From the NCBI GenBank assembly GCA_046116545.1, contig CP175956.1:321734-385733 (forward strand): 64,000 nucleotides of DNA, written 5' to 3'. The DNA is from Candidatus Moraniibacteriota bacterium. GTDB taxonomy: Bacteria; Patescibacteriota; Minisyncoccia; Moranbacterales; GCA-2747515. Shown here one piece after another: positions 57,304 to 64,000 of the stretch. The first letter of the stretch is position 1, and every line of letters begins with the position of its first letter. Position numbers and translations under genes: made by a program. Below the pieces are notes generated by a model, which worked only from the letters and a program-made list of their open reading frames with translations, ran no database searches and had not been told where the DNA came from.

Positions 57304-58275
57304 TTAATCCACAAGACCTTGCTCACGGAGCTCCCAGCGTTCTACACCTGGAATTCCAAGCTCTTTGTGTCTTGTTGCCTTTTCGATTACCCGTGCAAAC
57401 ATTATTAATTGCACCTGATTCTCTGTGTATCCAAGTACACGAGCAAGAGACTCTGCATCAAAATTTTCTCGACAACCATTGATCACTTCTTGATCAAGAT
57501 TTTGTCTTACAATCCAGGCAATATTACCTTCAGTAAAAAGATCACCATAAGATAATCGAATATTAAATCCCATGTTCTGCGCCCAAGATGTAAGTTCATC
57601 TTCATCATTGTGTGCGTCACCATTAGCATTAAGATCAGCTGATGGAGTTTTCCGCGCAATTCGCATAAACACTTCTGCACCGTATACTTCACTAAACCAC
57701 ATGGCAATTTGTCTCACTTCGACTTTCATGAGACCGACAAGAATATTATTGTCTACTGCACCATCACCAAATTTGTCATAGTACCGAAAGATCAAATCTT
57801 CCTCAGCATTACCAGTGCCATATATCCGTCCAGCACCACCGTCAACAATTTTAGATAACAGTCCAGCAATTGGAACTGCAGCACGAGACTTAAAGGATGC
57901 ATAACCACTTTCCCAGCCATTTGCTGTTGAATCAATAGTACCCTCATCAAACCACTCATCACCTTCAGCTAATGCTTGTTCCTTCAGCTGACGAAGAATT
58001 TCATCATACATTGGATTTGCATCTATAACTCTCAACTTAAATCCTACTGCTTTTTCTAAATCTCTTACATCAACTAGGTGTTTTGGATTACTACGAAGAT
58101 CCCTATACATTGCAACAACATTCTCTGGACCAAATGCCCGAGCTAGTATTGTCACAACTACTGCAGAATCAACGCCTCCAGAAAGTGACACGTACACTTT
58201 TTTGCATCCTGCACCAAAGTCTTGTGCTCGTTTTTCCAAATATTTCACTGTTTGTTCAACTGGTTTTATAAACAT
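57304..58275 (-). CDS. nadE: NH3-dependent NAD+ synthetase
   Basis: 323 aa; PP-loop VSLSGGVDSAVV. Confidence 0.85.
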   Translation of the reverse strand: MFIKPVEQTVKYLEKRAQDFGAGCKKVYVSLSGGVDSAVVVTILARAFGPENVVAMYRDLRSNPKHLVDVRDLEKAVGFKLRVIDANPMYDEILRQLKEQALAEGDEWFDEGTIDSTANGWESGYASFKSRAAVPIAGLLSKIVDGGAGRIYGTGNAEEDLIFRYYDKFGDGAVDNNILVGLMKVEVRQIAMWFSEVYGAEVFMRIARKTPSADLNANGDAHNDEDELTSWAQNMGFNIRLSYGDLFTEGNIAWIVRQNLDQEVINGCRENFDAESLARVLGYTENQVQLIMFARVIEKATRHKELGIPGVERWELREQGLVD

Positions 58276-58296
58276 AATATTATCTCCTATTTAATT

Positions 58297-58389
58297 GTCA
58301 TTGCGAGGAACGAAGTGACGTGGCAATCTCAACAATACCTTCTACAATCTTCAGGAATTGCTTCGTCGTCGTACCTCCTTCTCACAAAG
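58297..58389. repeat. MITE-like element, copy 4 of 4 (inverted orientation), in the nadK/nadE spacer
   Basis: GTCATTGCGAGGAACGAAGTGACGTGGCAATCTC ... GAATTGCTTCGTCGTCGTACCTCCTTCTCACAAAGAC (reverse complement of the family left end). Confidence 0.7.
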
Positions 58390-58421
58390 ACATCATTTAT
58401 GTTATGCACAATTTACTGTAA

Positions 58422-59153
58422 TTACTTGTTATAACGCCGTTGTTCGAAGTTTTCTTTGGCATCAAAACAAATTGATGTACTATACCGACTTGGTACAATC
58501 CGCACACTGTGTACTTCACAAAATAATTTGTTATCCGTAACAGCAATTGCGCTTCCGCGTATAACTTTAATTTGAATCTCTCGTTGCAAAACTGTTGCTT
58601 GCAATCTATTTTGAGTACAAATTCCAGTTACACACCAGAGTTTACTACCAAGTGGCAGAATTGTTCCTCCAGCAGTACGATTATACGCAGTTGAACCTTG
58701 TGGAGATGATACTATCAGTCCATCACCAGATACAGTCTCATCTTTGTACTCTAGAGTATTTAATTTTACTTCCACAATACCCGTTGGATCTACTGATTTT
58801 ATGTAAATATCATTAAATGCTATTCCGTTTTTAAAACCATTTTCAGTTTCTATATATGCTCGCATTCCACGCTCTGCGAAAGTATTCCACTGAGCATTTT
58901 GTAATTTTGCATATAACTGAAATGGTGTCGTAATCGTACGATTGAGTAAAAAGTTAACACTTCCAAACCCAATCCCTACAAAAGGAATATGTCTCTTATA
59001 ATATTTACGCTGAGCACCCAAGAGTGTTCCATCGCCTCCAAGTACAACAATTGCTTCAGGATTATCATAATCTTCCTCCACACCAAGCATCTGAAGTTCT
59101 TTCCAAAACTCGCCAACACCATCTTGTCTACCTAAAACTGGTAATATTTTCAT
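58422..59153 (-). CDS. nadK: NAD kinase
   Basis: 243 aa; GGDGTLL motif (VVLGGDGTLLGAQ) and NDIYI region. Confidence 0.85.
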   Translation of the reverse strand: MKILPVLGRQDGVGEFWKELQMLGVEEDYDNPEAIVVLGGDGTLLGAQRKYYKRHIPFVGIGFGSVNFLLNRTITTPFQLYAKLQNAQWNTFAERGMRAYIETENGFKNGIAFNDIYIKSVDPTGIVEVKLNTLEYKDETVSGDGLIVSSPQGSTAYNRTAGGTILPLGSKLWCVTGICTQNRLQATVLQREIQIKVIRGSAIAVTDNKLFCEVHSVRIVPSRYSTSICFDAKENFEQRRYNK

Positions 59154-59270
59154 ATCCTTTCCTTATATAATTGTTAATGAACTTTTTTCATCCTCATATA
59201 ATCACCAATTTAATAATTGATAATTACATGTAGATGGGCGAGAGAATTTATCTCTCGCCACAGTTATTTA

Positions 59271-60518
59271 TCAATACACACATTTTTCATCAAGAATTAC
59301 ATCGTAACCAAATAGTTTTTTATTACGAGCAATTGCCTCAGTCTGTCCGATAGCTTTGGCGACATTGTCACTGAGCTTCACAGCATCATTTCCACCTGCT
59401 TTTACAAGTTTCATCACGATAGAGAGTGGCTTCACAAATCCAGTATCATTACTAAAATTTGTACCCCAACCAAACAACACGTTAGTTTTATTACCAAACT
59501 CACCATAGAGTTCGATCATTTTCCCCGCATTAAGCCCATCACTGAAAAATATTGTCTTGTCAGCAGGATTGATACCAAATCGTTTCCACATGTCCAACAC
59601 CATATTTCCAAACTCAATTGGGTCGCCAGAGTCCTGACGGAAACCATTTGCCTGATAAGCAAGTTTTTCAGGAATATTATTCAAAAACTGCTCAGAACCA
59701 AAAGTATCTGGAAGAATAATCCGAAGCGGATCATCGAAAAGCTCAAACCACTTTTCGAATACTTCATATTGAGAATTCCAAGCAATATTAGGTCCCTCAT
59801 GCCAACGCAATGCATTAAGTGCCATAGATAATTCATGCGCATTAGTGCCTCCATATGGGACACCCAATTCTTGTGCTAATTTCATATTGGAAACTACAGG
59901 CATTACATCTGGCATCAGATCTAGTGCCATTTCGGTCATGTGTTTTTCCCACGCGCCAGAGAGACGTCTACGCAGACCAAACTGCAAAGCTCTTACTCCA
60001 GTTCCACGCAACATCTGTGCCTTTTCTCGCAAACGTCGCTCACCTTCCCTAATAAGTTCTACCTCAGAAATATTATTACACTTCACCATTTCTCTGACAT
60101 AAAGTTCATTCACAATTGGCAGAACTATAAGCTCCCACAGAGTTGTCTTGAACCAATAGTCTTCAGTAGTTTCAATATTTAATTGAAACTGTAATATCCT
60201 AGACACAGCAATATCTGATAATTTTAAACCTCGTAAAAAGTTAAAAAATTCTTCTGGATAATTTTCGTTTTCTCGTAAAAATTCAATCTCATCATCATTG
60301 AACTCCAGTGTTTGTTGTGCAAAATCAAGCTCCTGACGAATACGCTCAACACCAATTTCTTCAACCAATTTCACAAATGACGTACGATTTGTAAAAGCAA
60401 ACTTTGTTTTGAGCGTTGGAAAGAACTTCCAGATGAAATAAAGCATGCGAATCTTGTACGTATCAGTTTCCAATAAACTTGTTATGATTGGTTGATCAAA
60501 ATCAAATAATTTTTTCAT
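59271..60518 (-). CDS. pncB: nicotinate phosphoribosyltransferase
   Basis: 415 aa; N-terminal LLETDTYKIRM (LDTDxYK signature of PncB). Confidence 0.8.
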   Translation of the reverse strand: MKKLFDFDQPIITSLLETDTYKIRMLYFIWKFFPTLKTKFAFTNRTSFVKLVEEIGVERIRQELDFAQQTLEFNDDEIEFLRENENYPEEFFNFLRGLKLSDIAVSRILQFQLNIETTEDYWFKTTLWELIVLPIVNELYVREMVKCNNISEVELIREGERRLREKAQMLRGTGVRALQFGLRRRLSGAWEKHMTEMALDLMPDVMPVVSNMKLAQELGVPYGGTNAHELSMALNALRWHEGPNIAWNSQYEVFEKWFELFDDPLRIILPDTFGSEQFLNNIPEKLAYQANGFRQDSGDPIEFGNMVLDMWKRFGINPADKTIFFSDGLNAGKMIELYGEFGNKTNVLFGWGTNFSNDTGFVKPLSIVMKLVKAGGNDAVKLSDNVAKAIGQTEAIARNKKLFGYDVILDEKCVY

Positions 60519-60531
60519 AATAGATTCTCCT

Positions 60532-61137
60532 TTATTTTTGATACATTTTATTATTTTGAATATATTTCACAATCTCACACTCTGTAAGTTCATTAACAAA
60601 CTTTCCCTGTTTAATTCGATTACGAATATCAGTACTAGAGATTTCTGGAATTTCCACATCGAGAATTTTATAATCACTAGGTAATTGCAACGTATTCATA
60701 TTGATGCCTCTACGTGGAATAATGAGAAATTTTTGATTTTCAAAAAGATATTCTCCTTCATTCCAAAAACCTAGAACATCACACTTACCATCAAATTGCT
60801 CACGTGGTACAAAATGATCTGCGCCACAGTACCATACGATTTCTACATCTGGATAGCATTGCTTCAAATTTTCTATCACAACCACAGTTGGCACTGCACA
60901 CTCAGTTTCATATAAAACTGATACATTTTCATTATTAGCAAAAAGTAATTTACCCATTTCCCAACGCACTCTTGATGCAATCATTCCCGGTTTATCAGGT
61001 CTATCACCCGATACTGTCCAACGTACTTGATCAAATTCCCCCGTCGCAACAACTGCTCCAACGAGTTTTTTATGACCAATGTGAGGTGGATTTGCTGCAC
61101 TGCCTCCAATAGCTATTTTCATAATATTATCCTCCAA
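60532..61137 (-). CDS. nadD: nicotinate/nicotinamide mononucleotide adenylyltransferase-like nucleotidyltransferase
   Basis: MKIAIGGSAANPPHIGHKKL (GGxFxPxHxGH-like); probable start at the internal ATG about 61122. Confidence 0.65.
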   Translation of the reverse strand: MEDNIMKIAIGGSAANPPHIGHKKLVGAVVATGEFDQVRWTVSGDRPDKPGMIASRVRWEMGKLLFANNENVSVLYETECAVPTVVVIENLKQCYPDVEIVWYCGADHFVPREQFDGKCDVLGFWNEGEYLFENQKFLIIPRRGINMNTLQLPSDYKILDVEIPEISSTDIRNRIKQGKFVNELTECEIVKYIQNNKMYQK

Positions 61138-61187
61138 ATATTTATGTGTATATTTTCAAAGAACTTGTAGTCACCCAATATTGTCAT

Positions 61188-61262
61188 TCCAGAAATTTTT
61201 ATTTATCCAAGAGCGTTTAGCAATTGGTAATAAATATGATTGTCCGGAATCCAGTCTCTAAG
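61188..61262. repeat. about 75-bp element with TGTCATTCCAGAA... / ...TTGTCCGGAATCC ends (second member of the 33012-33085 type)
   Basis: Ends conserved with 33012-33085, interior unrelated. Confidence 0.35.
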
Positions 61263-61384
61263 ACTAAATGAGTATCTACAAATTATTTAAAAAGTTATGT
61301 TACAAGAACTAGAATTTTCTAGCTCTTGTAACTTTAGTGTATTAGTTACACTATCTCAGTGTAAAAAAATTTGCGTAAATCCAC

Positions 61385-61612
61385 CTACTGTTGATATCTG
61401 TCGATGAGTTCTTGCGCCCTCTCTTCATTACCTTGCCTACGCATCCGATTTACCACTGGACCAAGTCCATTTTTCTGAACTTCCTGATCAAGGGTCATCA
61501 TTGGCATCTGCATTTGCACAAAGCCATTTGCCCAATCACCCACACCCATTATTCTTCCCATTTGATTACGTACAATATTCATATCTCCAATCTCCTTTGT
61601 TTTGTGAGGCAT
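61385..61612 (-). CDS. hypothetical Met-rich small protein
   Basis: 75 aa (QMQMPMMTL); no motif. Confidence 0.35.
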   Translation of the reverse strand: MPHKTKEIGDMNIVRNQMGRIMGVGDWANGFVQMQMPMMTLDQEVQKNGLGPVVNRMRRQGNEERAQELIDRYQQ

Positions 61613-61834
61613 TTTACGCTTACACTTATTTATATAAAAGAACTACTTTTTTATTACTTAGTGTATCTATTACACCACTAACTATAATTTAGCATACTCC
61701 CTAAATCGTGTCAAGCATACACTAAGCCTATTCTATAAATAACTATTACTTATTAATTAACCAAAACAAAAACAGGTCTTAAAATTAATTTAAGTCCTGT
61801 TTCTTTATACTAAAAATATCCAGCTATGGCATTT

Positions 61835-62173
61835 TCAAGCCCAACCTATAGAATTAGGTAATCCAGCCATCTTACATGGCACGATTATTGGATCATGAAA
61901 AGCAATACACAATTTTCTTATGGTCATATCCATTCCATTATCGTTCAACCTCTTGATGAGAATTCTCATCATTGGAGCAACACCATTCTTTGCATAATAT
62001 AATCGTAATTCATCAATAACTGCCCAATGAATATCATTAAGCTCTTCAATGCCTGCTTTCTCGGCCACATAATCAGCAAATGTTTCCAGCTCTCCTGTTG
62101 AAAAATTAAAGTTCACTGAATACCCCTCCGCATTTACTTTAAACATTTTACCTTTATGTTTTATCACTGGCAT
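61835..62173 (-). CDS. DsrC/TusE-family sulfur-relay-like protein lacking the penultimate cysteine
   Basis: 112 aa; HWAVIDELRLYY and C-terminal PCKMAGLPNSIGWA align to the DsrC/TusE ...HW.VI.FLR.YY... / ...CK.AGLPKPTGCV end, but GCV is replaced by GWA. Confidence 0.65.
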   Translation of the reverse strand: MPVIKHKGKMFKVNAEGYSVNFNFSTGELETFADYVAEKAGIEELNDIHWAVIDELRLYYAKNGVAPMMRILIKRLNDNGMDMTIRKLCIAFHDPIIVPCKMAGLPNSIGWA

Positions 62174-62354
62174 AACTGATGCTCCTCTTTATTAAGAATT
62201 GTTAAGTTAACTACATTTCAAATAATATTATCTCACAAGCATCAAAAAATCAAGTGTTTTAATTCATATTTTTACAAATAAAAAAGATGAGAAACGCCTT
62301 TTGTAGTTATACAAAATTTGTTTCTCACCCACTTGAATCCCTGTTAAGGAATTA

Positions 62355-63041
62355 CTATTTGTTCAGTTTAGCTCTTCGTGCAGCGATACGCTTGCGAGAT
62401 TTTTCAGCAAGCACATCATCTTGAAGATCACTGCCAAATCCAGCAAGTGCTCTCTTCAAACGAGCATCTGCAACGGCAGCTTTTTTATCAATGCGTTCAT
62501 TGATACTGTCAACGGAGGCATCCATATTAGCCAAACCGCCAATCTTATCAAGTGCTTCAGCAGCCTTACCTTTTGCAACAGCTGAGCGTTCTTTGATTTC
62601 TACTTCACGTACCTGACGTACGTTATGCACCAAGGCTTTGTTAAGTTTATCAAATACCTTGTCCAACGTTTGAGATGTCTCTATTGCATCAGCAAGTTCA
62701 GTATCCATGTCTTCCAGCTGCTGTTCTAAGCCAACAAGTTCCATGTCCAGGCTTTCAGCCAGATGGTCATTAGATGGATCATTATCCGAAAGGAAAAGAT
62801 CGATATCATCATTCATCTGATCAAGCCGTTTTTGCAACATTTCCTTTGCGTTTACCAAACGTTGCTGGTGACCCTCAGAAATTGCAAGAGCATCACCATA
62901 GTCATCAACAGCTGCTTCCAAATCACGAATTTTTTGCTTAAGAACTGGAATTGACAGTTCATCGATTCCTTTGTCCAAAAGTTCATGAAGTCCAGCCTTT
63001 GCCAAAAGTCTTGCTTTACTAAAAAGTGTTTCTGCTGCCAT
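62355..63041 (-). CDS. pspA: PspA/IM30 (phage shock protein A / Vipp1) family protein
   Basis: 228 aa, all coiled coil; N-terminal LFSKARLLAKAGLHELLDK...IRDLEAAVDDYGDALAISEGHQQRL typical of PspA; strong SD AAGGAGGT upstream. Confidence 0.8.
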   Translation of the reverse strand: MAAETLFSKARLLAKAGLHELLDKGIDELSIPVLKQKIRDLEAAVDDYGDALAISEGHQQRLVNAKEMLQKRLDQMNDDIDLFLSDNDPSNDHLAESLDMELVGLEQQLEDMDTELADAIETSQTLDKVFDKLNKALVHNVRQVREVEIKERSAVAKGKAAEALDKIGGLANMDASVDSINERIDKKAAVADARLKRALAGFGSDLQDDVLAEKSRKRIAARRAKLNK

Positions 63042-63128
63042 GATATATACCTCCTTAAGGTATGTTAGATTTGGATCAATATGATCCTTTGATTTGATAC
63101 AGGATTACTACATCTTTTTATTTATAGG

Positions 63129-64000
63129 TTACCATCCACCAGATGAGCCGCCGCTTATTCCACCACTGCTACTGCCCCAACTGCCAGATGATCCTCCACT
63201 TATTCCACTACCACTCCAACTACCTGATGAACTACCACCAATTGAACCAATCGATGTCCCCCACGTGGAACTTCCACCAGAAATACTGGACTGCGCGTCA
63301 GACACATCGCTTTGCGCAATATCTAATGCACTATCAACCATATTACTCACACTTTGAATACGTGTAATAGCTTCACTGATATTAGTAAAATTTTTTGCAT
63401 TATCAAATCTCTCTCGTGCATTACTAATCTTATTACGTGCTCGAGAACTAATGTCTGACCGATGGTCTTGCAAATATTCCTCTGCTACTGACAATGATTG
63501 TTCTGCAGTAATACGAGCAGTTGCTAATCGACGTCTTTTACGAACCATCGTTTCACGCTCATTTTCTGCCTGATCCAAAATATGATCTGCAGACTTGTTT
63601 GCGCTAATTGCAAGTCGCATAGCACGCACATAATCTGGTTTTACATCTTGCAAAATTACTTTTGCCATTTCCAGATTTTCACGCGCCTTGGTCAAATCAT
63701 TCCACCAACCATCATCAATATCAGCATCATACATCGAAATGTACTCATCTGTTTTTTCAATGTCAGCCTGTGCATCACGTATTTCTTTATGCACATTTGC
63801 TTTGGCAATATCCAAATTATTACTAAGTTCCGTAATGGAATGGACCAGCGATTGTGCTTTAGCAATCAATAAATTTGATTGATTGACTAAAGATTGTGCC
63901 TGTTCCCAATTCTGCTCATTCATCGTGACAAATTGTTTTGCTTGTTGCACGAGTTGCATTGCATCAATTACTGCATTTTCAGCCTCTGTGCCATTACCAC
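63129..64000 (-). CDS. coiled-coil protein with Gly/Ser/Trp-rich C-terminal tail (partial; reading frame stays open to the window end)
   Basis: Frame remains open upstream of the ATG at 63959 to position 64000; C-terminal GGSSGSWSGSGISGGSSGSWGSS low-complexity tail resembles tails of TPM/LemA-like envelope-stress proteins; sits upstream of pspA on the same strand. Confidence 0.5.
   Translation of the reverse strand, partial: GNGTEAENAVIDAMQLVQQAKQFVTMNEQNWEQAQSLVNQSNLLIAKAQSLVHSITELSNNLDIAKANVHKEIRDAQADIEKTDEYISMYDADIDDGWWNDLTKARENLEMAKVILQDVKPDYVRAMRLAISANKSADHILDQAENERETMVRKRRRLATARITAEQSLSVAEEYLQDHRSDISSRARNKISNARERFDNAKNFTNISEAITRIQSVSNMVDSALDIAQSDVSDAQSSISGGSSTWGTSIGSIGGSSSGSWSGSGISGGSSGSWGSSSGGISGGSSGGW

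Noticed and set aside
1-64000. CRISPR array or cas genes
   Set aside because: No regularly spaced direct repeats anywhere. The repeated elements found are dispersed palindromes and MITE-like units tens of kb apart, not repeat-spacer arrays.
1-64000. tRNA, rRNA, tmRNA, RNase P RNA
   Set aside because: I found no GTTCGAATCC-type T-loop with matching acceptor stem, and no rRNA-like conserved blocks. The long spacers at 32912-33542 and 45330-45720 were examined by eye without a convincing match, but this needs Infernal or tRNAscan-SE to be definitive.
1-64000. Alternative genetic code (UGA as Gly, as in Gracilibacteria/SR1)
   Set aside because: Long conserved genes (uvrA 943 aa, murA, ispG, korA) are uninterrupted under the standard code and end at TAA or TAG in sensible places. 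There is no sign of in-frame TGA read-through.

Overview
This 64-kb window is a gene-dense bacterial chromosome segment. It is AT-rich, roughly 30% GC by eye, with a GC-richer stretch (low to mid 40s) from about 54.8 kb to the window end. It uses the standard genetic code: TGA is not read through in long, conserved genes such as uvrA. Canonical Shine-Dalgarno sites (AAGGAG) are visible. The giant coiled-coil proteins, the GT39 mannosyltransferase-like pairs and the pilin-like C-terminal anchor point to an uncultivated low-GC lineage, possibly CPR/Patescibacteria-like, but this cannot be proven from sequence alone.

Housekeeping content I can support:
- a dxs fragment, ispG, and a sufS-sufU-sufT Fe-S cluster assembly operon
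- manC, two tandem GT39/PMT-like membrane glycosyltransferases and two GT4 glycosyltransferases
- uvrA, mreB, rodA/ftsW, ftsQ, murA and holB
- bL25, a NUDIX hydrolase, and the korA/korB 2-oxoacid:ferredoxin oxidoreductase pair
- xseA/xseB, the nadD-pncB-nadK-nadE NAD salvage and synthesis cluster, pspA, and a DsrC/TusE-like protein

The most notable accessory feature is a minus-strand operon at 41.1-45.4 kb centred on a retron-type reverse transcriptase. That RT carries the NADIENFF, QGFSTSP, YTRYADD and VTGL motifs. It sits with three uncharacterised partner genes, one of which has a DUF3800-like N-terminus. An upstream gene has a DUF2726-like C-terminus. A 107-bp segment bounded by about 29-nt inverted repeats lies immediately upstream of the RT start.

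The window is also loaded with short palindromic and MITE-like repeat families:
- a roughly 95-118-bp MITE-like element with GTCWTTGCGAGGAGGTACGACGAAGCAATC ends, in four copies
- a 24-nt GTCATTCCYGCGAAGGCRGGAATC palindrome in five copies, two of which bracket a small GIY-YIG nuclease gene
- a GGACAGGCACAAGGCACTGTCCCTACA hairpin in three copies

It also contains a duplicated promoter plus 5' gene fragment and many rho-independent terminators. I found no CRISPR array and no convincing tRNA or rRNA.
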